Shown: piece by piece, positions 11,137 to 24,340 of the stretch
Position numbering within the stretch: position 1 is the first letter of the stretch
How the letters are laid out: each line of letters begins with the position of its first letter
NCBI GenBank assembly: GCA_008632985.1
Contig: QPGO01000012.1
Location: 682,001 to 746,000 of the forward strand
Direction of reading: 5' to 3'
Source of the DNA: Psammoneis japonica
Taxonomy: Eukaryota
Length of the DNA stretch: 64,000 nt
Notes under the pieces: model-generated
Told to the model about the DNA's origin: nothing
Database searches by the model: none
Seen by the model: only the letters and a program-made list of their open reading frames with translations
Made by a program: the position numbers and the translations under genes

Positions 11137-14100
11137 ATGGTGCCGACTGACCAAACTTCTGTCGATTTGACCAAGATCAAGTCCATGCAAGTCAAATTCA
11201 GACCGCAAAATTGCTCACCTGATGCCCATTCTTACCTGAATGAACTTTGTTCCAACGCGACACCTGCTCCTGAAGATCTTCTGGACAGATTTGCTCCTCC
11301 AAGCCTCAAGCCCGACACAATCGCAACCATCCGTTGTGAGATTGTTCATGATCTAGTCATCCTCAGGCCACCTTGACTGAGGACCTCAAACGGATTGGAC
11401 CACTCATTGATGAAGCTCCTCTCTTTGTGGCTGCCCCTCAAGATGCTCCGATCCATCTGAACCACACCAATCTTCAGAAGGCCATGATCAAAGCAATCTC
11501 AGATGATCAAGACACCACAACAACATGTGTTGGGACTGTCAGTCTCTTCTTTCATCCTGGTTTTGAGAATTGTCTGTGTTGGGATGACATCTCTGATGCT
11601 CCACACCCACCACCAGTGTCTCCCCCAAGTTCTGTGTCTCAATCGACCGCCACTGCAGGCCTGACTCCTGAAGATTTTGCTGAGGCCTCAGCTGCTCATT
11701 CACCTGGTCCACAACAGTTTGAGCAAGCTGTGAGCAAAGCATTGAAGACCTCTGCGGCTTCTGTGCCACCTCCTGCACCTTCTGCCAAGACCACTGCTGC
11801 TGCGGTTTCTTCCTCAACAACCACTGGTGCCATGTGCACCTTCAATCTGAAAGGACTTCCAAAGGATGCACCAGCTCGCTGTCAATGCAAGGAAGCCGGG
11901 AGAGTGGTGTCAGGGAAGTCACTGGTGCCTTGCAAGTTGGGAAATCTTTGCTGTGAAGACGGTGCTGAATGCCTCATTCTTGCTGATGGTTCACTCTTTG
12001 TCCATCGTGTTGATTGGGTTGCCAAGTCATTTCTTTGTGATGCTTTGACATGTGATGACATTTCACCTTAAGGAATCCAAGCATGGCACACTGCAGCAAC
12101 CCAACAAGCCTCGGCCTGTGGCACACACATGCATCCCCCATGGTGGTTCATCAAGGATGGTGGAAACTGGGGTTTCACGTGTGGCAACAACCCAACTGAT
12201 GACCTGCCACTCCGCATGTGTGTGCCTCTTGACCACATGAAGCTTGCACTTTTTCAGCACATCCAGAAGGTTGGGGTTTTCCCAGCTGATTCCAAGCACA
12301 CAGACATTGTTCGCCAATGCCATGGAGATGGATGTGCTGCCCTCAAGATGACCCCATTTGACATTCTCCCAATCTGGACTAAGCAACCATGTGAGCTGAT
12401 CAAGAGCCACCCACACCAAAGCAATCTCACAATCCTCAGTTGCCATGCCCTGTTCAGGGATTTCCTCCAGCTGCGGGCCATCATTTCCAACGTTGATGCC
12501 TCTCTTGATGATCCTGGTGAGCCAGACATCTTTCTCAGCAACACTTGATGTGGAGAGCACCTGCATCGAAAGACAGTCAATGCCAGGGAAGACAAGAGCA
12601 AGCAACACAAATTCACTCAGCAGAAGATTGTTGAGACGATTGCCACGATCCTCAAGGAACCAGACAGTCCTGCTCTTCGTCTCAAGGATCCCCCCAAACA
12701 CCCTGCACAATGCCTCCATAACCAGAACCCGGCCAACCCTCCTCTTGCAGCTCCTCTTTGAGCCCTTGACTTGCTGCCCAAGGATGAGGTGCCAGACCCA
12801 CCTCCAATTGTTCCGGAAACTCCAATGGAAACTGCTCCCCCTCCTGTGGAAGAACCTGCGGAAACTGTGGAGTGCTTTGTAAATGAGCTTGCCACTGTGG
12901 AAATTCCTCCAGATGACAAGGCACAAGCACTGCACGGCATTTATGAGGCTTGCATCCACAGGATCAAGTCGTCACCCGCTGTTGCACAGACTCAACCATG
13001 TGTTGTCTGTGGTGACAGCCACTCATTCCATGAGTGCCCGGTCTTGAACAATGCCGAGTGTCTGCGTGCTCACCTCATCCAATTCTGCCAATTCCTTCAA
13101 TGTGACCAACGTGCCCGAGATGCACTCAAGGATGGCAAACCTAAAATGGATTTTTCTCAGGGCCATTGACTTGTTACATTCAGATGAACAATGCTGCCCA
13201 TCTCTTCCCAATCCAAAACTGCATGCAAGCGGGGTAGCTGCGAAAGAGGGTCTCACAGACTTGTTGCCTCCTGCTGAAATGCCTCTTTCACATGTCTCAT
13301 TTGCCGACCTTCTGTCAACCTCAACAAAGACTGGAGCTCCGGATCTCAAGACTGTTGCAGATGATGACCCTGACACCACTCATCAGGGGAGGGAAACACC
13401 TTCTCATGAACCCTCCATCAAAGCGAATGATGTCCCGCCAACCAGTGATCATGATCAAGATTTTGAGTGCATCGACATGGACACCAACCAACACCTGTCA
13501 CCTTTGAGTGCAGTGCACATCACCCCGATTTTTTCTCCTCCCAAAACACCTGTGGTTTTTGAATCTTTGACTGCTCCTGTCATCCCCATCAACCATGCAC
13601 CAAATTCTACCCCGGTCCGCTCTCTCAAAGTTGAGACTGAACGTCTCCTTTGGCATCAACGCCTTGGACATCCCAGCGATCACTGTTTGCACCATGCTCA
13701 CAAGCATGTCAAAGGGGTTCCTGAGTTCCGCCATGCCAACCCAGTTCTTGATGTTTGCCCCACGTGCATCCAGGCACAACAAGTCAAGACACCTGCCGGA
13801 CCCAACTCAACTCACAAGGCGACTCAACGCATCAAGGCCTCACTGTGGACTTTGCTTTTGCCGGTCAAGCGTCCAAGAATGAAGACCGCACGTCTGATTG
13901 TCTTGGCTGTGATGGTGAAACATGCTGGATCACCATCTATGATCATAAAACATGCATGCTTCATGGTGTTGCACGAGTCTCTGAGGCTAGTCCCCTCAAG
14001 TGGTTTTGCCAATTCCTGGATCGACACTCTCCAAATTGTCGTGACAAACATGCATTTATGGACCAGGGAGGGGAATTGTACAAGAACCCCAAAGTTTTTG

Positions 14101-17100
14101 ACCTCTTTCAACGAGAATTCCAGCATGACATTTGTCCATCTGGCACTGGCACCTCCAATCAATGTGGCCCTGTTGAACACTCACATTTGACTGTCGAAAA
14201 CGCAATTCGTGCAATTTTAATTGGTGCTGACCTCCCAATCAGATTCTGGCCCTGTGCTTTTCACCATTGCCTCCGCGTTGAGAATGCTGCTCCTGCGAAA
14301 GACCAAGATGCATCTCCTGTCACCCTTGCCACTGGAAAGGTCAAAGATTTTACTGCCCTGAAGACTTTTGGATGTCGAGCATGGGCCAAACGCTCTACAA
14401 AACGCTCTGCCACCTTTCGTTCCAACTCCAAGAAAGGTGCACTCCTTGGATGTCTCCCAAACACCCTGAAGAATGTTCTTTGGTGGGATCCAGAGACTGA
14501 CAAAGTCAAGACAGTCAAACATGTGCGACGTGACGAGGGCATGAATGACCTGTCTCTAGACCAACTTCCCCCGAATGCCACCCAGTTGCAATGCATGGAA
14601 AATGGCCAACCTTTTCCGGCTGAAACACAGGACACTGCTGTTCCAACATTTGCTTCTTCATCAAATCCTTTTGCCAAGACTGTCACTTGCACCATGAAAC
14701 GCCCTCCCCCATGGACCCTGCCTGTGGTTTTGTTTTCTCCCAGTGTCCTCTCTCATGGACCGTGTGTGTGTCTTGGAAATCAAGCAACGCAGTCCCGCGG
14801 CCTCCCCATTCTCTTCTCTCCATGCTGCTTGGAACAAGCTCATGGGTGCACATGTTGTCTCCATCAACAAGCATGAAGTCTTTATGCCACAAGATGCTGA
14901 AAAAGCACTTCTGCAGGTCTGCCATGATGAGGTCCCCATCTTTGAGATTGCTTTTGCGCCTGAACAATGTTTGGACCCTCGTGCTCTTAACAAGGCTTTT
15001 GAGGAAGTGGAGCCATTTGACCCTGATTCAATGGAGGACAATGCCCATGCACCGGAACTTGCTTTGGAGGATGTGCGATCCATCACAGCTGTTCTCTGTC
15101 CTGATGATGATTTCTCTGATGACGCTGTGCCGATGGATGTCTTCTGTGCTCATCTCCATGCTGTCAGTTCTCGTGCTGTCACTCCGGAAGAAGCTGCTCT
15201 TGATTGCGTCACCCGTGCCAAGCTCCACAAACTTGAAACATGGCCGGAATGGGAAGAAGGAGAGAAGTGCCAATTGGATCAATTTTGTGCACTTGGCACG
15301 CATGGTCCTCCACAACCACGTCCTCCTGGAGTGAATGTGTGCGTCTGCATTGGGGCCATGTGGCAAAACCAGATGGGCAGTGTTGCTCCAGACAATGTGG
15401 AGATGGACCCAAGTTGGCCATGCCAGCATTGCATGAACTGACCTCCACGCACTCTTCATGTGTGGAACGCTCGATCAAAAAGATGTTTTTTGCTCTCAGT
15501 GCTGCCATGTCTTATCGAACATGTGGTGGTGATGCCCGAGATGCATGTGCCCATTCTCCTGGTCCTTCACAATCAGTGTTTTTTGCCACTGATGATGCCT
15601 GTGCTGCATGGTGCGAAAGTCACTTTGGCAAGAAGGTGCCCCGCCACTGTGTCCTCCCCCTCAAGCATGCTCTCCAAGGCCATCCCAAGGCTGGTGTTCT
15701 GTGGGAGAAGCACATCAATTTGATCCCAGCTGGTGCAAAACTCCTCTTCCGCAACACTGCTCATGACAAGTGCATCTGCTTTGGTGAATGTGATGGTGTC
15801 AAGGTTCTGTCACTCCATCAAGTTGATGATTTTGCACTTCCTTGTCCTTCTGAGGTGGTTGCAAAGGAGATCTGTGATCATGTTGGAAAGGCTCTCCAGA
15901 TGGAGAATGAGGGTGCTCCCCCGTTCAAGCATCTGGGCCCGGCTGCTGAGTTCAATGGCGTTGGAGTCATTCAGAATGATGATTCGATCACAATCAACAT
16001 TGCCAGCCATCTTGACCACGCTTTCAAGACCCATGGATGGGACACTCCCGCTGCAAATAAAACCAAGACTGATTTCAAGGCTGTGCCTGTGCCGGTTGAT
16101 TGCACCCCTGAGCTGTGTGCCGCTGAAGGTCCCAAGGAGGGTGCCCCTGAATGTTGTGCCCTCTCTGACTCTCATGGCTTCTCCTGCCGCTCTGTCTTGG
16201 GTGAATTGGTCTTTGCTTGTTCGTGCTGTTGCTTGGATGTTGGCTGTCCCATTGTTGCTTTGTCCAAGTTCTCCAAGACTCCGGCTGACGTCCACTGTGA
16301 TTCCCTCAAACGTGTGGCTGAGGCTCGGTCTACAGGTGAACCGCGCCGGATCGGATCGCCGGATCGGATCGCGTCAGAATTCCGTTAGTCGACAGGTGGA
16401 ACCGGATCGGATCGCGGATCGGATTCGACATTTTGATGAGTCGCAAAACGACGTAAGTTTCAAGATTCCAAATTCTCAAGAACAACAAAGCACTGAAATA
16501 GCGAACAACAGCCAGAGAGAGTGTGGCCATGATGCTTCACATCTTGTCATAACGAGACGATATGACGACAGAACTATGCTGTTATTACTGCTTTACATAC
16601 TTACTTGACCGCATCATTGAGCATCATTGTCACTCAGTGTTTGCAGCACGCTAAGGAAGAAAAAGCTATCACTTTTGCAATTCAGAAACTGACGCTATGT
16701 TTTCGTATTGAAATTTCGAATTACATAATAAATACTTGTTATTTTGCTTATTCAATGTTTCTCCAACAAATCTTTACGGCATTATCGGTTTGACAAGCTA
16801 TTCTATTGCCATACGACCTTTTTCATCTCCATTTCAAGCATGGGAAGAGTAAGGCTGTAATGCTAAGGAAGTTCTGTGCCCTTATGGCTGAATGTTATGC
16901 CGCCCTGTATCATAATCGTGTGATGTTGCGCCATTGTCGTGATGACGGCACGGAATCTTCCAAATTCGATCCGACATCCGATCCGAGATGGCGGATCAGT
17001 CCCACGAAGGCCACGGATCGACTTTTTGACTCGATGGACTAACATTTTAATGGGTTATGAAGGAGTCGATCCGGCGATCCGATCCGGCTCGGTTCACCTG

Positions 17101-17670
17101 TAGACCGAGCCTGAGTGTCTGCGACATGCCAAACATTGGGGTTTGACATGTGAGAAGACTGAGCGTGATCCGGGCCTGCCTCCCCGTGATTTTGAGTGGC
17201 TTGAAGACGATCCATCCCTTCCTGAGTTCCCCCGTGCTGATGATCCTTTTGGATGCAGCACATGCCAATGAACTGTGGCGTCGCTGATCCACTGCTGGAT
17301 GTGCACATGTCCTTGCTGGTGCTACAATTGATTGTCGTTGCCACACACAGACCATCACAGCTGCCAGCTCCACCAAGGCTGAATTTCTCGCGGCTGTCAC
17401 TGGCGCCAAGGCAGACTTTGCACCTCCAAATGGTCCTCGAAGAGCTGGGTTTTCTTCAACGTGATCTTTCAACGTGATCTCACTCCCTTGCACATTGATG
17501 ATTCCTCCGCCATCCAGATGATCAACAACAAGGTGCCTGCAGAGTGCTTCCGCCACATTGACATTCAACATTTTGCAATCCAAGACTGGCGCGACGCGGG
17601 GAAATTGTCACAAGACATGTCCCGGGCGTCATTGACCCTGCTGATGAGCTGACCAAGGCTGTGGGTTGAG
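11137..17670 (+). pseudogene. Copia gag-pol polyprotein, frameshifted; protease region not recognised and possibly deleted
   Basis: ORF pieces 11137-13169 (gag), 13600-14876 (pre-integrase/integrase), 15240-16321 (RT) and 17112-17670 (RNase H). Nearly free of Tyr (DKCICFG, SCRSVLGEL, FWPCAFHH). Confidence 0.9.
16322..17111. mobile_element. PIF/Harbinger-like non-autonomous element (MITE), 790 bp, ~45-bp TIRs, 3-bp TSD (TGA)
   Basis: TIR ggctcggtctacaggtgaaccg(c/a)gccggatcggatcgccggatcg at both ends with one mismatch. TGA at 16319-16321 and 17112-17114. Subterminal ggatc repeats. Removal restores Copia KRVAE|CLRHAKHWGL. Confidence 0.9.
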
Positions 17671-17995
17671 TGCTTCATTCCCGCTGGCCCGTCATTTGAT
17701 GGGACACTGCCATTGATTGCCGTTGTGTTTTGTGTGTCTCTTTGTTTTTGCTGTTCTGGCCCTCATTTTTTTCTCGGATTGTCTCCTTTCTTTCTTGATG
17801 AGCTTTTGCATTGCTCATCAGGGGAGGGTGACAGACATCCAAGATGGGGAGCACACTCCCTTGTCTTGGACAGACTGGCATGGACAGCATTGAGAGATCT
17901 GATGATCTCTCTTTTCTCACTTTCTTTCTCATCTGGCACACGATTGTCATCTGTCCCAGACATCAGTTAGATTGTCCCGATGCTGCCAGTCAGCA

Positions 17996-20585
17996 AATCG
18001 CAACCCGAGCAACTTCTTCCCTTTGCTTCCACTTCACGGCCTTGGTTTTGGTCTCTTTTTTCTGCGTGTCTTGGATTTGTTGGCTCTCTTTGGCCTCCTC
18101 TTTGGCCTCCTTCTTGACCATTCCAAACAACTCTGTTTCGATCTTTGACCACTCAACTCGCTGACTTGAATTCATGACAGAAGCAGCCAGGGCATTTGCG
18201 CCCAACTGACGTGTTTTGTGGTGAAAAAGATTGGGGAGAATGGTGTGGAGAGCCCCTGTCTGGTTGATTTTGCACTTGAATTTTCCTTGGACGACAGCCA
18301 GACGCTTTCGGAACAACATTGTTCTGAGGAAGAACAACATGTCCGGACCAATGGCTGTGTCAGGGAAGCAAAACGGTGGCACCGTGCCTTCGAACCGAGC
18401 CTTCATTGACTTTCTGAGCCAACCTGGGGTTCCATCAACATCTTCCAAACAATCACATGCAAGAACTCCACAAGACGATGCCCTTGGGACAAAAAAGTTG
18501 CCACAGTCGCCGATGTCATTGTGTGGCTGTTCTTTCAACACCTTTAAAAAGTTTTGTTGAATTGCGGGAAGCATGAAATGCTCAAAGCCACTTTTTAAGT
18601 GAGCTGTTCCTTGTGCCATTGCCATTTCTGTCTTGAGCAATGTCTGCATGTCAAAAAAGTTGATGCACGCCTGCACCATGAGAGGTTCATCAATCTTGCA
18701 ATGGACGGTTGTCTCACCGGTGTTCTCATCGCTGACTGCCATCAAAACCGATGCAACCCCAGCCCGGATCATCTTGGCGGTTTTGTCACGCATCACTGTT
18801 GACCATGCAGACAAAGCACATGCAAAAGCTGCGTTTTTCACTCGACATGACACCATGTGCTGGGTGTCAAACTCAGCTTTTCGAGAATGCAGATTTTGCA
18901 CCATCGTGCATGCAGAAGCCCCATCTGAGGTCCAGGAGAGTCTGCGCTCCCTGTCGGCTCTTTCTTGCCTGGCGGCATTTTTGATGTGTCAGTCAATGGC
19001 TTCGATGATCGGGGCTTCTGCAGACTCAATCTTTCCAGGGGGCTTTTCATGGTTTTTCTTGCCTTTCTGCTGCAGAAATGTCTCCACAAAGGTGGCAACC
19101 CACCCAGGCCGACTGCGCAACCATGTTGCAACGTGCTTGACCAAGCAGTTCCCAATCTTTTCCAGATTCAAGAATTTGTCAAGATGGGGCGCAACCTTTC
19201 CAACATCCAATGGGTCAAGTTTGAAGAAGACAAGAGGGCATGGTCGTGGCTTCATTCCCAAGGAAGCTGCCTCTGACAACAATGCATCAACAGAGAGCCC
19301 CGTGCTGCCAAACACTGGACATCTCAAAAAGCTCTCTGTGTGGGCTGGGGTTGCAAAACCATGTGCAAATGCCTTGTGGGCTGATGTTTCATGATTGCCA
19401 TCATCAGACAGGAAGAAATGTGGCAGCTCCTCCTTGAGAGCTTGCGCTTTGTCAATGAAGCATGCCACATGGCCATTTGATTGGGGGACGTCATTTGGCA
19501 ACCCTTTCTTGAACCACTCATTCGACAAAATCTGGAAAATGTCTACCCCGAGAAGCTCTTCTGGGTGCATCGGAAAGAGCAGCCACTGACGGCAGCTCAT
19601 CTTGTCTTTGTCAAGTTTCTTTTGAAGGCAACAAAACACAGTTCTCCATGCGGCAGTCAACATTTCCAAGTGGCGGGTCACAACGTCACAATTCGATGTG
19701 GATGTCTCAATGCATTCTGCATTGTTTGTGGTGCTGCCAGTGCCGTCTTTTTGTTTTGCTGGAAGACTGACAAGGTTTTTGTGTCCATTGATGGTTGGCT
19801 TGTTGGCTTGCAGTCGAACGCGATCTGGCAAGGACCTCGCATCCTTCGATCCGGGATTCATCAAGACATCCACCACAAAGTGTAAAATCCATTGTTTTCT
19901 GAAAGACACTTGAACATTCTTCTTGTCTTGCCCACCCCCGACGTTCCAAAAACTGAGGTTGGCCTCTTCGGAGTGCTCGATTCAATGTGATTGTAGACTC
20001 CCGACTGTTTGTCAATGTTGTCCAGGCCGCAAAGAAGAAGCGATGGCTGCGCCTTCCCCGGAATGCAGGGAATCTTTGATTCTTTCTTGAACAAACAGTG
20101 CTGGAACAAGGCATCATTTGGAGGACAAAAATTTTGAAGGCTTGGAACATGCCCCTTCCAAAATTTATCCAGTGGTTTCTCACATGCCAACACAGCACTC
20201 TCGGGTGATGGTGGTGATGGGACAGGGACGTTGGTGGGAGGAAAAGCCCAGTTAAAGAGAATGTTGCAGACAGCAGGGCAAAAAATTTTGTGGCACTTCT
20301 GCAGTTCAGCTTGGAAGGCTTGTTTGTCCCCAGCGGGCATGATGTTCTTCAGACTCTCTTTGGTTCTGACTCGCATTTAACAAGCTCGGCAAGAGCCACT
20401 GTCACATTCTCGTGATTTTGCGACTTCTCAAGGCGAGTTGCCAAAATTTTGTACAAGTCCATCCAATTGGTCTCTTCCCACCCCTCTCCCACCTTTTCCG
20501 AGACTTTTGCCTGGATGTCATCATCGCTCGTGGTTCCCTCCACAGCACTGTTCATAACGAGTTGTTGGTTTGTGTCGGCGATCAT
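17996..20585 (-). pseudogene. degenerate Crinkler/RHS-type P-loop NTPase + restriction-endonuclease-fold gene, probably continuing at 10768-~10100 beyond the Copia insertion
   Basis: Walker A 'VFGTSGVGKTRRMF', Walker B-like 'ACFIDKAQ', 'LRSRPGWVATF', and C-terminal 'FCFPDTAIGPDMLFFL...LAVVQGKF' (PD-(D/E)xK-like). Several frameshifts and Tyr->Cys/His changes. Confidence 0.6.
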
Positions 20586-21229
20586 GTGGGAGAGCCTTGT
20601 TCTACACTCTGTGCATGAGCTCAGGTTGTCCCAAATGCTTGGCCGTGCGCAGTGCCGAGAGGAAAGGAGGAAATGCGGTTTTGTTTGTTGTCCCCATGTC
20701 CCATGTCAACCAATGCCACCACTGCTCTAGAGCAGAGCAGTGGGTCTCCAACAACACCGGCAACAGAAACCTCGCAGCTCGCAGACGTTTGAGATTTTGA
20801 GCGAGGTTTTGTGTGTTTGTTGTTGGTGATGATTTTTTCGGAGTTCTGAGAAGAAAAGTGGATGTTGCGGGTGGTTGATCACTGCTTTTTTTAGCTCAAA
20901 TTCGGCCGAACAGCTCGTGTTTCACATGATTTTTCCTGAATTTCACCGTGCTTCACCATGGTGAAAAACAGCAAGCCCCATGAGTTTGTAATGGAGGCAG
21001 TCTGTGCACCAACTCTCATTTGTTTTATGTTCCTCATGCATCAAAGATCTTGTGTGCATGAAAAGTTTGCGCACGCAATGCTGCGTTTTTGAGAAATGTC
21101 GACGATTGTCATCATCATCGTGCTTCGATCGCGGTGCTTGATGTTCTCGTTTTCGTTTGCCGTGCGCGATGATGAGCCAAGTGCAGGGGTTGTGAGTCCT
21201 GTGGGTGCGCGCCCTGTGCACTTGTGGAG

Positions 21230-21430
21230 CCCGACGAGGAGGGTTCGGCCCCGCCGAACCCGACGAGAAGGGTCCAAGCAATGAGGTGGAGACCGACGAG
21301 GCGGGTTGCACAATGGCAAGAACGACCCCAGCGAGGAGGGTGGACGACGAGGAGGGCTTTAGCCCGACAAGAAGGCCACACGACAAGCTGTGGGTCGTTC
21401 TCGCCATTGTGCAACCCAACGAGAAGGTCG
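21230..21430 (+). repeat. cluster of degenerate ~15-bp motifs (cccgacgaggagggt)
   Basis: cccgacgaggagggt, cccgacgagaagggt, accgacgaggcgggt, gacgacgaggagggc, cccgacaagaaggc, cccaacgagaaggt. Confidence 0.6.
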
Positions 21431-23679
21431 CAACCGAGGCGCGTTGAGTGCACACGGGAGCGCACACAGGGTTTCCCGCTGTGAGGATTTTGCACACACA
21501 ATTCGACCATCAAACACTCAGTGAGCACTTTCATGTACAAGACTGAAGTGCCAAAGCATTGCAAAAGAGCACTTTTGCACTGCAGGTTTGCTTGTTGGCG
21601 ACGGTTTTTGGTGCCGACTGGCAGTCGCGCAATCATTCAAAATTGTTGACGCTGTGTGTGACATTTGATTCAAACTTGTGTGTGTGTTCATCACAGCACC
21701 TAAAGCCGTCATTGCGAACAAAATTTAAAAACGTTGGTGGGATTGATTCAAATCCACCACGTAGAATCACACATGCTGGCACAGTTTAACGGCAGAATCC
21801 TCGCAGTCCACAGAGAGACAGCAAGTTTCTACTTGCACTCCTTGTGCACGATTTTTGTGCTGACGCACACTTGTGTGCATTTTGTGCCGAGAAATTCTGT
21901 GCGACTCCGAATGGTGCGCGGTCGGGTTGATGGCTCACAATTTTTCCGAGCGGCCGATAGACAACCACCGCTCCCTCCGACAATGGCGCTTTTGGCCGAT
22001 TTGACTGGCACGACACCACCTCCCGACCCCCACCTTGCTTGACAGTGTTGCACACCATTGGGTCGTGCCATGTGAGTGAGTCCTGGCTCTAGAATGGGTC
22101 AGAATGACTCAAAATGTGGTGAGTTCTGATTGTCGTGGAATCATGCATCTTTTTCCCCGTTCTCGTTTGCAATGGCACTCACCTTGAACCTCCTTGTCCC
22201 GCATCTTGATGCACAGGAATCAAAGATGGGGACATCGAAGTCCATGGGTCTACACCACCGCCGTCACCGTTTTTGGCTCCATCCCCGTTCCACCATGGCG
22301 CGCTGCTTCTGTCCCGGTCCATGCCGCACCACCATGGCGCTGCCTCCATTCTCCAAGCTTCTGCCACGATTTGCACGGACGGACCAGTCACTCGATCCCA
22401 AGCTCCGACTTTCTGCCATTGCTCATGCCGATTTGCCGCCTGCTTTTGTCGTCCTGCTCCGTGGAACCACCGGACTGCCTCTCTTCCATCTGTCCTCCCT
22501 GCCCGCCGTTGACGATCCAGGCACCCCAAGTTTTGACCCTGCTGGTGAGTTTGCATTGGTCGTTTGCTGTTGTTGCTTTGTGTTTGTAGAAAAGCATGTT
22601 CTCACCTCCTTGTGTTGTTCCATTTCACCGCAGATGTGGCCATTTTTCAGGCGCTGGTGCCGTGCTTCTCTGTGCAAGTTTTTGTGCACACCAATGTTGT
22701 CTTGCTTTGTTCTTTTTGTTGAAGATGTGGTGCCAACTCAAACAGATCTTTTCTCTCTTTTGCGCCCTCTTGCAACATCGTTGGATTGCTGTCTTTGCGT
22801 CTCTCTCCGGCACTTGCATCATTGTCGGTCTCTTCGCTTGTGCTTCGCTCGCGTCGTCTCTTCTCCACGCTCGCTTCCCCTGTCAATTGTACGCACGTGA
22901 TTTCCACACAAATGCCTCACACACAGAGTGCCAAAATGCTGCCAAATTACACAGCAACGGCCGTCAACGGTTTTTAGAATTGCTCAGGGCCACCCACACT
23001 CGAGCAGTGGGAGTCCCGAAAAACAGGGTTTGGGCCGATTTCTCGTGCAAAACTCACGTAGAAAATTGACGTGGAATGTCTTGTTCGTGTGCTTTTCCCG
23101 TGCTTTTCCCATGCTTTGTGAAAAATGGGCCACGACCTCAAAGAATCGATTTCAGTCACAATGGTTTGCACTTTGCATGCTCACTTTTTGATGACAAACA
23201 TGACGATGTCCACCGTTTGGCAAAATTCCATCATTGGAAAATGTTCACCGCAGTGGGACCGTGCCGGCAGTGAAGTGTTGATCGAATTTCTGAAAATGGA
23301 ATTTTGAAGTGTTCATGCACAGAATCGTGTTGTTCATGCAAGAGTCACAACAAAAAGAACAATTTTTGCATTCAAAAATAATCTCTTTTAAATGTTCTTG
23401 TTCAAACGGACAAATGCAGGGATGACCCCCCTCACAGCAGCCAATGCAGTCGCACGAGTGAGGGGTGGTTGTCGCGCGCTAGATCGCAGGCTGTGCGCGC
23501 GACATTGGAGTTAATTGTGGCGCCGCACTCGGTGTGGTGGTGGGTTTTTGTCAACTTCCAGGCATGACATCAATGGTGTCGGTGGACAGTCAGTTGGCAC
23601 ACTGTCTGGAAGGGTGAGGGTCAGTTGGATGGGGTCCTTTGGTGTCTGTGTGGGGACAGACCGGCGCCATCTTCCCACT

Positions 23680-24340
23680 GGTGTCGTCTGGAGCTGATCT
23701 GAAAGGCGGGAATGCTGGATCCCCTGAGGCAACAGTGGGTCACCCGGACTGTGGCAATGCTCATTCTCGCATTGACGCAGCCACATGCTTCAGAGCATGG
23801 CTTTTGCCATTTGTCTGACAGTCTCGATGCTGTCTTGCGGAGCATTGCCTCAGCTTCTTTGCTGAAAAGTCCGTCGCACGACGCTGCGAAGGGTGTGAAA
23901 TGACGGCGTTGCTCAAGACAGGGCTTGAGGTGCTTGCACTTTTTGTCATGTTTGTGTGTTGCCAGAACTTCTTCTGGTGTTTTGGACAGGTGTGACTTTG
24001 CGTCCGTGTCGGGAATGCGAACATCCGTCACCATGTCTGTCCTTCCATCCCAAAATTGCACGCCGAGAAGGTCACCGTGATTGCCATCCTTAGACTTGTT
24101 GGAGTTAGTGTTTCCTGGAGGAGAGCTGGTGGGAGTGCTTGAGCTTCCTGCACTGTGACTGGCAGGGTTGATTGGGGGTTCGTCGCATGTGCAGGAAGGT
24201 TTGCAAGAGCCTTGCCCATTAGATCACCTGGGTTGTCACGGACTTCATCATGCAGTGAGATGACTGGGCCGCCCTTCTTGCACTGAAGAGCATGGCTCAT
24301 TGTGAACTTGCATCCACATCCATTGCGTTGCTCCGGGAGG
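23680..24340 (-). mobile_element. 3' fragment of a CRE-like non-LTR retrotransposon (zinc knuckle + restriction-like endonuclease)
   Basis: 'GCGCKFTMSHALQCKKGG..SLHDEVRD', 'GDLLGVQFW...VTDVRIPDTDA...KHDKKCKH...HFTPFAASCDG...RVTHCCLRGS'. Confidence 0.85.

Larger units (their letters stand above)
10769..17995 (+). mobile_element. Ty1/Copia LTR retrotransposon, full-length but mutated
   Basis: 167-bp LTRs at 10769-10935 and 17829-17995 (TG...CA). PBS-like aggttgtgagc follows the 5' LTR (Copia consensus aggttatg..., with TA->TG). PPT ggggaggg at 17821-17828. Gag knuckle CVVCGDSHSFHEC, 'LWHQRLGH...CPTC', integrase 'DQGGEL', RT 'LQGHPKAGVLW...HQVDDF', RNase H 'RHIDIQHFAIQDW'. TSD is imperfect. Confidence 0.95.
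8378..23431. mobile_element. putative large TIR DNA transposon or composite (GGGGGGTCATCCC ends) carrying a Crinkler-like gene and a nested Copia element
   Basis: 8378-~8475 (ggggggtcatccc...cgtttgaacaagaacatt...aaaaattgttctttttgt) is an imperfect inverted repeat of ~23347-23431. A second ~300-bp inverted pair lies at 8491-8790 and ~20860-21168. No clean TSD (caa vs tca) and no transposase recognised. Confidence 0.5.

Noticed and set aside
10769..17995. Alternative genetic code, or RNA editing before reverse transcription, as the cause of missing Tyr
   Set aside because: Host genes use Tyr normally. The changes occur on both strands, differ between LTRs and affect non-retro sequences.
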